The notes under the pieces: model-generated
What the model was told of the DNA's origin: nothing
The model's database searches: none
The model's input: the letters and a program-made list of their open reading frames with translations, nothing else
In this document: positions 1-8,717 of the stretch, piece by piece
Layout: each line of letters starts with the position of its first letter
Position numbering within the stretch: the stretch's first letter is position 1
Source of the DNA: Candidatus Edwardsbacteria bacterium
GTDB taxonomy: Bacteria; Edwardsbacteria; AC1; JBFLXN01
Assembly (NCBI GenBank): GCA_040755715.1
Contig: JBFLXN010000001.1
Coordinates: 1 to 53,017, forward strand
Direction: 5' to 3'
DNA length: 53,017 bases
Program-made: the position numbers and the translations under genes

Positions 1-177
1 GACTTCTCTTCTCCTGCCTGTCTGGGCGGGGCTTCTGAAATAGCCCAAGCCCAGACAGGCAAACACATCAGCATACTCCTACCTATGAAAATCCTCCATA
101 TCTATCATACTATTTTTGACAGTACCCGGATAATAATATGATTTCAACCCGGCCTGCCAAATATTTTTGTCATTTTT

Positions 178-552
178 CTACTTTCTTTTTATAACCTCTC
201 TAGCAAATAATAGAAAACTTCTCAATGCCTCTTCCGGGACATCGCTTATCTCACTTTCAGCAATGTTTTCTTCTTTCTCCTTATGAAAATGCTTTGGAAA
301 TGTCTTAAGTTGTCTTGCCTCTCTGTCAGGTATATTATTATGTCTGTAGATTGTTCCGTCAATAAGTTTTCTTTCCCAGTGATAGGCATATACCCCTTTT
401 CTTTTCTCAGAAATCCAGATATCCATAACACTATTATCGTTTAAAAATATCCGCAGTTTTCCCTCCACAAATCTTACACCCTCTACTAAATCAGAGAACT
501 CTCCTAAGGCAATATCAGAAAGTTTTTGGTATATTCGTTCACGAGTGTTCAT
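178..552 (-). CDS. TumE/DUF6516-like putative toxin of a type II TA pair
   Basis: 124 aa. The core YAYHWE...TFPKHFHK resembles the YHW...FPHHKH signature remembered for DUF6516/TumE. Overlaps the upstream small ORF by 14 nt. Confidence 0.45.
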   Translation of the reverse strand: MNTRERIYQKLSDIALGEFSDLVEGVRFVEGKLRIFLNDNSVMDIWISEKRKGVYAYHWERKLIDGTIYRHNNIPDREARQLKTFPKHFHKEKEENIAESEISDVPEEALRSFLLFAREVIKRK

Positions 553-832
553 GCCTTTCTTCTTCTATGAGTCTTTGGATTTTTTCTTTTTCAATCTCTA
601 AATATTCCAGCCGGGTAAGGTCATCAAAACATTGCGATTCAGATATTCTACCTGCTTCAATCTGCTCCCATAATTCGTCAAAAGAATTAACTCCGTATTT
701 TTGAGCTAGTTTAGCAATTTCCAAGACTTTATTTTTTAGTTCAATTTCCATAAATTTTCCAAGTTCTTCTTCTTTTAAATATTCCCTTGGTAGTTTTAAC
801 TCTTTTTCAATCTTTTCTAAAAGTGTTGACAT
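539..832 (-). CDS. small acidic helical protein, possible cognate partner of the TumE-like gene
   Basis: 97 aa, Glu/Lys-rich with coiled-coil character. Overlaps the downstream ORF. No family recognised. Confidence 0.3.
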   Translation of the reverse strand: MSTLLEKIEKELKLPREYLKEEELGKFMEIELKNKVLEIAKLAQKYGVNSFDELWEQIEAGRISESQCFDDLTRLEYLEIEKEKIQRLIEEERHEHS

Positions 833-1067
833 CCAAAACCTCCTGGTATAATATTCATTATACTTGTTTGTACATTGTCTCCACCTCAGGCGGATCCGCT
901 GACCCTTAGGGCGGAAACTACGATTACGCTGATTAACAAATCACTCTTCTCTCTGTAATCCCTGCCACCGATGCTATGTCCGCATGAATATAATCAAGCA
1001 TTTTTATAGAATGTCTCCTAATAATTTGCACGTCCGATTTGGGACATCAGTTATACAAATTTTTCTA

Positions 1068-1562
1068 CTATCGGAAGAGTTGGTCTAATTCACTTTCGGC
1101 TTCAGAAGTAAATTCAGCGCCTAACTTGGCTTCGGGTTTTGCCTGACCTTCCAATTTAGCAAAGATATTATTAAAGAGTTTTCCTAGATCCTCAACCGTC
1201 TTTTTTACTCTCACCCGCACCAGTCCAAGAGTAGTGCGCTGGTCAAAAATCACAGCCAACATCACTCTCGCTTCAATTGAAGCGACATAAATATTTTCTC
1301 TTTCGCCTTGATGAAACAAGGTAGAAAACTCTTTCTCTCCTACCAGAGAGGCTAATTGGCTAGTGGCCGCGAAGTCAGCCGCGGAAAGCGAGGCAAAGGA
1401 TGTGGTATCAAGCTTAGTGGTATCCCCGGCACTGGTAATCAGTTGTCCTGCCTTATCAATCAAGAGGACACAGTTGGAATTAGTGTTCCTCAAGAGTTGA
1501 TTGAGAAGTTCACTGATAGCCCAAAAATCATCTTCAAAGACATTGACATTTTCTACTGGCAA
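1068..1562 (-). CDS. roadblock/LC7 (MglB-like) domain protein
   Basis: 164 aa. Pattern LLIDKAGQLITSAGD...DFAATSQLAS...IFDQRTTLGLVR is typical of Robl_LC7 domains. Confidence 0.55.
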   Translation of the reverse strand: MPVENVNVFEDDFWAISELLNQLLRNTNSNCVLLIDKAGQLITSAGDTTKLDTTSFASLSAADFAATSQLASLVGEKEFSTLFHQGERENIYVASIEARVMLAVIFDQRTTLGLVRVRVKKTVEDLGKLFNNIFAKLEGQAKPEAKLGAEFTSEAESELDQLFR

Positions 1563-1593
1563 CTTCTTATTACCTCCTCGTCGCTTCGCTCCA

Positions 1594-1720
1594 TTGCAAA
1601 ATGAAAATTGTAAAATGCAAATTGTAAAACTAAAAACCGTCTCCTTTCTTTCATTTTGTAATAAGCGATAAGGTATTCCTTATTTCATTTTGCATTTTGC
1701 ATTTTGCAATCTGCATTTTA
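1594..1720. repeat. operon-spacer hairpin, word AAATGCA/TTGTAAA
   Basis: Arm 1594-1631 is approximately the reverse complement of arm 1685-1720 (ATTGCAAAATG-type words). Lies between porB and the roadblock gene. Confidence 0.6.
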
Positions 1721-1726
1721 AAATTC

Positions 1727-2647
1727 TTATACAACGCACGCTAAAAGTCTCTCCCATTTAATATCTATTTCTCTCTGAATTTCCTCAAGAAAATGTGTAT
1801 TTTCCGCTAAGAAGAGGTGGCGAAATCGTTCCTGCTTTTTCAGAAACTCAATTACTGGTTTTTTCTCCTTAGGTCTGTGGGTTATACGATACTTACCATT
1901 TTCAACTTCATATATAGGCCAAATGCAAGTATCTACTGCCAATCTTCCAATTTCTATGGTGTCTTCTGGTGGATAGCCCCAACCCAAACGGCAAGGCTGA
2001 AGGATATTGATAAAAGTAGGCCCATTGAAACTCAAAGCCTTTTCTACTTTAGTGACTAAATCATTCCAGTAACTGGGACAGGCTTGAGCCGCATAAGGTG
2101 GGTCGTGAGCGGCGATTATTTCGGTCAAATCTTTTCTTGACTGTTGTTTTCCTGGAATAACGGTTCCAGCCGGACTGGTAGTAGTATGGGCTCCTTTTGG
2201 TGTAGACCCAGAACGTTGGATACCGGTGTTCATATATGCTTCATTATTGTAGCAAACATAGAGCATATTGTGCCCACGCTCAATTGCCCCGGAGAGAGCC
2301 TGAATTCCGATATCATAAGTTCCACCATCTCCACCAAAAGCAATAAATTTTATTTCCTCAGCAATCTTACCTTTTTTCTTTAAAGCTTTATAAGCCGCTT
2401 CTACACCACTGATGGTGGCGGCAGCATTTTCAAAAGCATTATGAATGAAAGGAACCTTCCAGGCAGTATAAGGAAAAATGGTGGTGACTACTTCCAGACA
2501 ACCAGTAGCACAGGCACAAACTACCGGTGTTTTCCCTGCCGCTGCCAAAATCTGACGAACAATAATTGTTGAGCCGCAGCCAGCACACGCTCTATGTCCA
2601 CCAGAAAGAAATTCACCTCTTCTGACTAATTCTCTCAAATTTGCCAT
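1727..2647 (-). CDS. porB: 2-oxoacid:ferredoxin oxidoreductase beta subunit (POR/VOR type, TPP-binding)
   Basis: 306 aa. Has CAGCGS and GGDGGTYDIG motifs. Abuts the porA stop. Confidence 0.85.
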   Translation of the reverse strand: MANLRELVRRGEFLSGGHRACAGCGSTIIVRQILAAAGKTPVVCACATGCLEVVTTIFPYTAWKVPFIHNAFENAAATISGVEAAYKALKKKGKIAEEIKFIAFGGDGGTYDIGIQALSGAIERGHNMLYVCYNNEAYMNTGIQRSGSTPKGAHTTTSPAGTVIPGKQQSRKDLTEIIAAHDPPYAAQACPSYWNDLVTKVEKALSFNGPTFINILQPCRLGWGYPPEDTIEIGRLAVDTCIWPIYEVENGKYRITHRPKEKKPVIEFLKKQERFRHLFLAENTHFLEEIQREIDIKWERLLACVV

Positions 2648-3825
2648 TATTCTCTCACTCCTAAATAGTTTACCAAAGATTCAACCTTGTTTTTTGTAAC
2701 GGTGTCCTTAAGGTCACTATAGACCTCTTTGATTTGTTCTACATTAATATCTCGTCCCCCCAGTCCATAAACATAATTTACGGTTAGAGGTCTTTGCTTT
2801 GCTTCGTAAAGTGCAGAACGGATTTCAGTAAATAGCGGTCCACCTTGAGAACTAAAGGAATCAGACCGGTCAAGCACCGCAATCACCTTCATTCGGCTAA
2901 GACTCTCGGCAATTTCCTGAGCGGCAAAGGGACGAAAGATTCTGACCTTAAAAACACCTGCCTTTAGGCCTTTTTCCCGAACCGCATCACAGGCTACTTT
3001 TGCTGTTCCGGCTGTTGAACCCAAAGCCACTATTGCCATTTCGGCGTCTTCCATTTTATATTCTTCAAAGAGCCCGTATTTCCGTCCAAATTTCTTACCA
3101 AATTCTTCTCCTACATTCAGGATTACCTTGGAAACATTTTGCATGGAATGAATCTCAGCCCGCTTATGTTCAAAATAATAATCCTGTAAATCTAAAGCAC
3201 CAACAGTGATTGGCTGTTTAATATTAAGTAAGGTATGTTTTGGTTTATACTCGCCGAGATATGTTTTTACCTCATTATCATCAAGAATTTCAATCCTTTC
3301 CATCGCATGGCTGATAATAAAACCATCAGTAGTCACCATTGCCGGCAAAAGAACTTCTGGATGCTCTGCAATTTTCACTGCCTGGATTACATTGTCATAA
3401 GCCTCTTGTGAATTCTCGGAAAATAATTGAATCCAGCCAGAATCTCTGGCACCCATTGTATCCGAGTGGTCGCAGTGAATGTTAATTGGCGAAGACAAAG
3501 CCCGGTTAACTTCGCAGAGAACAATGGGCAATCGCAAGCCTGCGGCAATATATAAGACTTCATACATCAATGCTAGTCCCTGTGAGGCAGTAGAAGTCAT
3601 CACCCTTCCCCCAGCCGATGCGGCTCCAATGCAAGCGCTCATAGCGCTGTGTTCACTTTCCGCAGGTACAAATTCAGTATCTACCAAGCCATCGGCGACA
3701 AAACTAGCGAAGAGTTGGACAACTTCGGTAGCCGGGGTAATGGGATAGGCGGCCACTACATCAGGATTTACCTGACGCATCGCTTCAGCCATAATTTCGT
3801 TTCCAGTTTTAGCTACAATCTTCAT
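2647..3825 (-). CDS. porA: 2-oxoacid:ferredoxin oxidoreductase alpha subunit
   Basis: 392 aa. N-terminus GNEIMAEA...AAYPITPATE is typical of POR/VOR alpha. Confidence 0.85.
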   Translation of the reverse strand: MKIVAKTGNEIMAEAMRQVNPDVVAAYPITPATEVVQLFASFVADGLVDTEFVPAESEHSAMSACIGAASAGGRVMTSTASQGLALMYEVLYIAAGLRLPIVLCEVNRALSSPINIHCDHSDTMGARDSGWIQLFSENSQEAYDNVIQAVKIAEHPEVLLPAMVTTDGFIISHAMERIEILDDNEVKTYLGEYKPKHTLLNIKQPITVGALDLQDYYFEHKRAEIHSMQNVSKVILNVGEEFGKKFGRKYGLFEEYKMEDAEMAIVALGSTAGTAKVACDAVREKGLKAGVFKVRIFRPFAAQEIAESLSRMKVIAVLDRSDSFSSQGGPLFTEIRSALYEAKQRPLTVNYVYGLGGRDINVEQIKEVYSDLKDTVTKNKVESLVNYLGVRE

Positions 3826-3854
3826 CTTTTTCTCCTAACTTTCTCACTTTAATT

Positions 3855-4090
3855 CTGTAACCACAGATTTGACAGATTTTCCGCCAAAGGCGGATCTGCC
3901 CCAGGCATGAAACGGATTACATCAAATAAATATCAAGAATCAAAACCATTCATCCTCCTCCGTTCCGATGGCCATCGGGACGGAAGACAAGCAATCCAAA
4001 ATTTAAAAATTTAACTTTTCTTGCTCCTTTTTTTATTCTTGATTTTGGATTTACTTAATCCGTCTAATCCGTTTAATCCGTGGTTTCGTT
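3855..4090. repeat. composite spacer: CACAGAT / AATCCG word arms plus small palindromes
   Basis: 275-nt gap between porD and porA. AACGGATTAC...ATCAAGAATCAAAA faces TTCTTGATTTTGG...TAATCCGT. Inner palindromes at 3881-3893 (CCGCCAAAGGCGG) and 3959-3984 (TCCGTTCCGATGGCCATCGGGACGGA). Confidence 0.5.
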
Positions 4091-4100
4091 TTCTTTCTTT

Positions 4101-4409
4101 CTATTCTTTAAATTCGCTTTCTGGAACCATAGTGATTGCTTGAATCTTAGGTGGACATTCCTTAGCGCAGATGCCACAGCCCTTACAGTAAGCCAGGTCA
4201 ATACCCACAACTTTATCATCTTTAACAATAATTGAAGAGTCAGGGCAATAAATCCAGCAAATCAGACAGTTAGTACATTTTTCGGAATGGTGAACTGGTC
4301 GTAGACTTCGCCAGTCACCCGTTTCAAATTTCTCAGCTGAACCAGGTTCCAGGAGAAGACAACCAGTGGGTAATTCTTTCCAGCCAGGTAATTTTGTACT
4401 TTCATTCAT
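4101..4409 (-). CDS. porD: 2-oxoacid:ferredoxin oxidoreductase delta subunit (2x[4Fe-4S] ferredoxin)
   Basis: 102 aa with two CxxCxxCxxxCP clusters (CTNCLICWIYCP, CKGCGICAKECP). Confidence 0.85.
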   Translation of the reverse strand: MNESTKLPGWKELPTGCLLLEPGSAEKFETGDWRSLRPVHHSEKCTNCLICWIYCPDSSIIVKDDKVVGIDLAYCKGCGICAKECPPKIQAITMVPESEFKE

Positions 4410-4498
4410 TCCTCACCTCTTTGAAATATGGATTTTATCTGAATTTCTTTGACAGATGAAAACCCTTTATCATTTGTAATTAAAGTTGCCCCTAATAC
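4406..4498 (-). pseudogene. C-terminal remnant of a PIN-domain (VapC-like) toxin
   Basis: My own translation gives VLGATLITNDKGFSSVKEIQIKSIFQRGEE*. GATLITNDKGF matches the conserved C-terminal PIN motif (LvTnDkdF). Only ~30 codons remain. The frame overlaps the stop of the upstream antitoxin-like ORF, and its TGA overlaps the porD ATG. Confidence 0.45.
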
Positions 4499-4719
4499 AA
4501 AAGTTGTTGCAGCTCACCCCTTATTCTCCTTTGGAAACATAAAGGGTCCTCCTTTATATGTAATATTCCAACATATTCCTTTAATTTTTCCCGATGCATA
4601 ATCTTTCGACCGCATTCCAATATTTGTTCAATCTCTTTCCATTCGTCATAATTAATAATGACCTCTGATGGTCTATTGTTTTCATCTAGTACGATTTTTT
4701 TATGAATAGTCTTAATCAT
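4492..4719 (-). CDS. orphan antitoxin-like protein inside the por operon
   Basis: 75 aa. IVLDENNRPSEVIINYDEWKEIEQILE followed by LKEYVGIL...DPLCFQRRIRGE resembles antitoxins that pair with PIN toxins. Confidence 0.4.
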   Translation of the reverse strand: MIKTIHKKIVLDENNRPSEVIINYDEWKEIEQILECGRKIMHREKLKEYVGILHIKEDPLCFQRRIRGELQQLLY

Positions 4720-4720
4720 T

Positions 4721-5296
4721 TTAATTAACCTCCCCTTTTACCTCCTCATAGGCTCTTTCCATTGATTTGATGTTTCCCACTACTACTTCTGGTCTATTTC
4801 TAAATTTTGCTTCCAATTTTTCTCTGGCGTCTTTCAGTAGAGACTGAAAATCTATCAGCCTAGAAATTTTCACTACGGCGGCTAACATAGGCGTATTTGG
4901 CATTTCCCGACCCATTGTTTCTTTGGAAATTGTCGTGGCATCAACGGTATATATTTTGCCACTGTTTAACTTTAATTTTTTTCGCAAATTCTTCGGGTCT
5001 TCGGGTGTATTAACAATCAAAATGCCATTTTCAGGTAACCCTGCAGTAACATCAATTTTTCCAATCAGAGTGGGGTCCAACACCGCCACAATCTTTGGCG
5101 AACTCACCTGGCAATGGACTAAAATAGGTTTATCACTCAGACGGTTGAACGACTGGACTGGAGCTCCCATTCTTTCTGGACCATATTCGGGAAAAGCCTG
5201 GATATATTTACCAGCGCTGAGTGCGGCATCAGCAAAGAGCAAGGCTACGGTTTTTGCTCCTTGTCCTCCCCGTCCATGCCAGCGAATTTCTATCAT
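4721..5296 (-). CDS. porG: 2-oxoacid:ferredoxin oxidoreductase gamma subunit
   Basis: 191 aa. N-terminus MIEIRWHGRGGQGAKT is typical of POR/VOR gamma. Confidence 0.85.
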   Translation of the reverse strand: MIEIRWHGRGGQGAKTVALLFADAALSAGKYIQAFPEYGPERMGAPVQSFNRLSDKPILVHCQVSSPKIVAVLDPTLIGKIDVTAGLPENGILIVNTPEDPKNLRKKLKLNSGKIYTVDATTISKETMGREMPNTPMLAAVVKISRLIDFQSLLKDAREKLEAKFRNRPEVVVGNIKSMERAYEEVKGEVN

Positions 5297-5311
5297 AATT
5301 TCCTCCTTTTA

Positions 5312-5478
5312 ATTATTATTAGCAAGACTTCTGCAAAATGCCTGTTAAGTGTCATGGCGAGGAGCAAAGCGACGAAGCAATCTCTTTATTTACCATGAGT
5401 TGGGATTGCTTCGTCCCGATAAATCGGGACTCGCAATGACAAATTATCTCATTTTGCAGAACTCTATTATTATTAGCA
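5312..5478. mobile_element. 141-nt palindromic MITE-like element flanked by a 13-nt direct repeat
   Basis: ATTATTATTAGCA occurs at 5312-5324 and 5466-5478. Between them are nested inverted repeats: TTCTGCAAAATG/CATTTTGCAGAA, GTCATGGCGAG/CTCGCAATGAC, GACGAAGCAATC/GATTGCTTCGTC, and the core CCCGATAAATCGGG. Confidence 0.6.
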
Positions 5479-5495
5479 CCTCTAGCTTGAATTTA

Positions 5496-5525
5496 ATTAT
5501 ATTCCAAAATCCGACCTTTTGTCAA
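5496..5525 (-). promoter_or_regulatory. near-consensus sigma70-type promoter upstream of porG
   Basis: Minus strand reads TTGACA (5525-5520), 18 nt, TATAAT (5501-5496). The implied ~190-nt leader contains the palindromic element. Confidence 0.45.
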
Positions 5526-5538
5526 GGTTTTTTAGAGA

Positions 5539-6135
5539 TTACATCTCTCTTCTTCCTTCTAAGGCTCGGCTCAGAGTAACTTCATCCGCATATTCCAATT
5601 CACTCCCCACTGGTAAACCCCTGGCAATTCTGGTAACTTTTCTCACTAACGGTTTAATCAATTTTGCCAGATAGAGTGCTGTCGCTTCACCTTCGGCATT
5701 GGGTGCCGTAGCAATAATCACTTCATCAACTTCACTGTTTCTTAAACGATTCAGGAGTTCTTTAACTCTCAATTGTTCTGGTCCAATTCCGTCTAGTGGA
5801 GAAAGTGCTCCCTGTAAAATGTGATAATGTCCTTTGAATTCACCCGACTTCTCTAAAGCCACTAAATCACTTATCTTCTCCACTACGCAAAGGATTTTTC
5901 TATCTCGCTTTGAATCTTTACATATAGAACAGGTTTCGTCTTCAGTAGCATTGAAGCAAACAGAGCAGAAACGAACTCTTTCTTTCAATGATTCAATGGC
6001 TTTAGCCAGTGGTAGTGCTTCTTCCTTTGGTATTTTCAAAAGATAAAAGGCTAAGCGCTGGGCTGTTTTTGTGCCAATGCCAGGGAGTTTAGTAAACTCC
6101 TCAATGAGATTTCTGAGTAATTTGGAAGTATACAT
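5539..6135 (-). CDS. recR: recombination protein RecR
   Basis: 198 aa. Has the LPGIGTKTAQRLAF helix-hairpin-helix, the CSVC...CSIC zinc finger and a Toprim region. Confidence 0.95.
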   Translation of the reverse strand: MYTSKLLRNLIEEFTKLPGIGTKTAQRLAFYLLKIPKEEALPLAKAIESLKERVRFCSVCFNATEDETCSICKDSKRDRKILCVVEKISDLVALEKSGEFKGHYHILQGALSPLDGIGPEQLRVKELLNRLRNSEVDEVIIATAPNAEGEATALYLAKLIKPLVRKVTRIARGLPVGSELEYADEVTLSRALEGRREM

Positions 6136-6149
6136 CAGTAATCAATTCA

Positions 6150-6319
6150 AAATGCAAATATCAAAAATCAAAATTACAAACCAAAATTCAAAATGAGCAT
6201 CTTAAAACGTCTGTCAGCAGAGTAGCCGTATAATTTTTGACGTTCAGTACACTAATAGTTTTTAAAATTTAAAAGTTTTAATATGTCATTTTGATATTTG
6301 ATATTTGATTTTTAATTTC
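6150..6319. repeat. operon-spacer hairpin, word ATATCAAA
   Basis: Arm 6150-6196 (AAATATCAAAAATCAAAAT...CAAAATGA) faces arm 6287-6319 (TCATTTTGATATTTGATATTTGATTTTT). Confidence 0.6.
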
Positions 6320-6326
6320 CCCGCCT

Positions 6327-6659
6327 TCAGAACAGCCCTGGGATTGAAAGCCCACCGGTTAGTTTGCTCATTTCACTCGCTGCTAATTCTTGGGCACGCT
6401 TCCTGGCTTCATTTACTGCCGCTAATATCAAATCCTCCAACATCTCCACCTCATCAGGATTTACTACTTCTTTACTAATTTTTATTTCCATAATGTTTTG
6501 TTGTCCATCAGCTACAACAGTTACCATTCCACCACCACTGCTTGCTTCAACCCTCTTACTGGCCAATTCTTCTTGAATTTGTGCCAACTTTGTCTGCAAA
6601 AGTTGCATTTGTTTCATTAGATTACTCATTCCCTTCAACATCTTGTCAAAACCTCCCAT
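6327..6659 (-). CDS. ybaB: YbaB/EbfC nucleoid-associated protein
   Basis: 110 aa. MQ..LQ..L...QEEL then [16 protein letters not shown], the typical YbaB fold signature. Lies upstream of recR as in many bacteria. Confidence 0.9.
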   Translation of the reverse strand: MGGFDKMLKGMSNLMKQMQLLQTKLAQIQEELASKRVEASSGGGMVTVVADGQQNIMEIKISKEVVNPDEVEMLEDLILAAVNEARKRAQELAASEMSKLTGGLSIPGLF

Positions 6660-6793
6660 TTAGTTGTCAGATATTCTCAAATTTGACCAGAGAAACGTGA
6701 AATAATGATATGCTGATACGGTTTACGGTAATGCGGAATGAAAAAACCACTCAACATATCACCATATTAACATATCAACGCTGTATATTTTTG

Positions 6794-7717
6794 TTATTTC
6801 ACATAAGTCAACCAATTATGTCGGTCTTCCTCTTCGCCAGAAACAATAGCAAAGAATGCATCCTGAAGTTTCTTAGCGATTGGGCCGCGTTTCCCATCTC
6901 CAATCACAATTTTATCAATTGAAGTAATCGGACTGATTTCTGCGGCGGTGCCGGTAAAGAAGACTTCTTCTGCAATGTAGAGTGCCTCTCGTGGAATTAG
7001 CACTTCTTGAACCTCCAGTCCCAAGTCTTTGGCCAAAGTAATGACTGAATGTCGGGTGATTCCGGGAAGGACGGAAGCGCCCAGAGGTGGTGTCTGTAAT
7101 TTGCCCCATCTGACAATGAACAGATTTTCTCCCGAACCTTCGCTGACATATCCATTCACATCCAAAGCAATTCCTTCACTATACCCGTTAAGGAGTGCCT
7201 CCATTTTAATTAACTGCGAATTCATATAATTAGCGCCGCATTTGGCCAAAGCCGGAAAGGTGTTGGGAGCCATCCGATTCCAAGTAGAAACACAGACTGA
7301 AACACCCTTTTCCAAAGCCTCAGGGCCCAAGTATTTCCCCCAATCCCAAACGGCAATCGCCACATCTACCGGATTAGGAAATGGATTCACTCCAAGTTCT
7401 GCATAACCACGATAGACTACTGGGCGAATATAGCAGGACTCCATCTTATTGACCTTGACTGTTTCTAAACAGGCATTAAAGATTTCGTCTATCGTGTAAG
7501 GAATATTCATCCGATACATTTTCGCTGAATTAAAAAGTCTTTCCAGATGTTCCTTTAAACGAAAAACACCTGAGCCCTTTTTTGTCTTATAGCAGCGGAT
7601 TCCTTCAAAAACGCTTGAACCATAATGCACCACATGGGAAAGCACATGAATCTTGGCCTCGTCCCAGTTAACAAATTTCCCATTCATCCAGATTTTTTCA
7701 GTCTTGTTAAATGGCAT
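6794..7717 (-). CDS. ilvE: branched-chain amino acid aminotransferase (class IV PLP)
   Basis: 307 aa. [35 protein letters not shown] and ...GITR... are canonical IlvE motifs. Confidence 0.9.
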   Translation of the reverse strand: MPFNKTEKIWMNGKFVNWDEAKIHVLSHVVHYGSSVFEGIRCYKTKKGSGVFRLKEHLERLFNSAKMYRMNIPYTIDEIFNACLETVKVNKMESCYIRPVVYRGYAELGVNPFPNPVDVAIAVWDWGKYLGPEALEKGVSVCVSTWNRMAPNTFPALAKCGANYMNSQLIKMEALLNGYSEGIALDVNGYVSEGSGENLFIVRWGKLQTPPLGASVLPGITRHSVITLAKDLGLEVQEVLIPREALYIAEEVFFTGTAAEISPITSIDKIVIGDGKRGPIAKKLQDAFFAIVSGEEEDRHNWLTYVK

Positions 7718-7725
7718 TTTTTCCT

Positions 7726-7802
7726 CCTTTTTTTAACACAGATTACACAGATTTCTTAAAGAGATTACACCGATTAAGGAAATAATCTGTATAATCTGTC
7801 TT
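7726..7802. repeat. operon-spacer hairpin, word CACAGAT; contains the 38-nt leader shared with 27192-27229
   Basis: ACACAGATTACACAGAT... faces ...ATCTGTATAATCTGT...AATCTGTG. Segment 7731-7768 equals 27192-27229 with 1 mismatch. Confidence 0.65.
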
Positions 7803-7817
7803 TTAATCTGTGCAATC

Positions 7818-8717
7818 CTATTTACTTCCCATCACTCCTAAAGCCATTGAATAGAGTTTTGTTTCTTTAGTATCAGCGCGGGAAAGCATTACTACAGGGG
7901 CACTGGCACCTACCACAATCCCACATGCCTTTGCCTTACCTAAAAATATCAGCCCCTTGGCGAATATATTACCGGTAGCAATTTCCGGCACTAACAAGAT
8001 ATCCACCTCTCCACTGATTTTGCTCTCTATCTTCTTCTGCCTTGCCGCTTCCTTTGATACCGCCAAATCAAACGCCAGAGGTCCTTCTACTATCGCATCT
8101 TTAATCTCTCCTCTTTCTGCCATCTTTTTTAAAGCATCTGCCTCAACCGTTTCTGGCATATCTGGGTTGACAGTTTCAATTGCCGCCAAGACGGCTACTT
8201 TCGGTTTTTCTATACCCAGATGTTTTAAAAAATCTATCGCATTCTTCAGGATATCAATCTTCGTCTTAAGGTCTGGTTTCAAATTCATTCCTCCATCAGT
8301 CATAAAAAGAAGTTTATGATAGGTAGAAACCTCTAAAACACAGATATGACTTAATGTCCTTCCTGTTCTAAGTCCCTGCTCTTTATCTAAAACACCCTTG
8401 AGAAAGACAGATGTTGATACTTGTCCTTTCATCAAAATTTTTGCTCTACCTTCTCTGATGGCATTTATACCCTTTTGTATTGCCGATTTTTCGTCTTCTG
8501 TTTCTAAAATCTCAAATTCAGAAATATCTATCTTGGCAGATTTTGCTGTATTTTCAATTATTCTTTTGTTTCCAATCAATATTGATTTAGCAATTCCTTC
8601 TTCCTTCGCCAGGGCTGCCGCTTCAAGAACTACTTCATCCTCAGCCATAACAATGGCGATTTTATGGGAACCTTTTTTCTTCGCTTCTTTCAAAAGGGCG
8701 TCAAGAGATGTTATCAT
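7818..8717 (-). CDS. ptb: phosphate butyryltransferase / phosphotransacylase
   Basis: 299 aa, PTA_PTB family pattern (KIAIV.AEDE..LEAA, ILMKG.V.T, GPLAFD.A). A buk gene lies further upstream in the same array. Confidence 0.8.
   Translation of the reverse strand: MITSLDALLKEAKKKGSHKIAIVMAEDEVVLEAAALAKEEGIAKSILIGNKRIIENTAKSAKIDISEFEILETEDEKSAIQKGINAIREGRAKILMKGQVSTSVFLKGVLDKEQGLRTGRTLSHICVLEVSTYHKLLFMTDGGMNLKPDLKTKIDILKNAIDFLKHLGIEKPKVAVLAAIETVNPDMPETVEADALKKMAERGEIKDAIVEGPLAFDLAVSKEAARQKKIESKISGEVDILLVPEIATGNIFAKGLIFLGKAKACGIVVGASAPVVMLSRADTKETKLYSMALGVMGSK

Noticed and set aside
5349-5579. A 76-aa plus-strand ORF (MSWRGAKRRSNL...LLRPDKSGLAMT).
   Set aside because: It is simply the translation of the palindromic MITE-like element and the antisense of the recR 3' end. 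It has no RBS and no coding periodicity.
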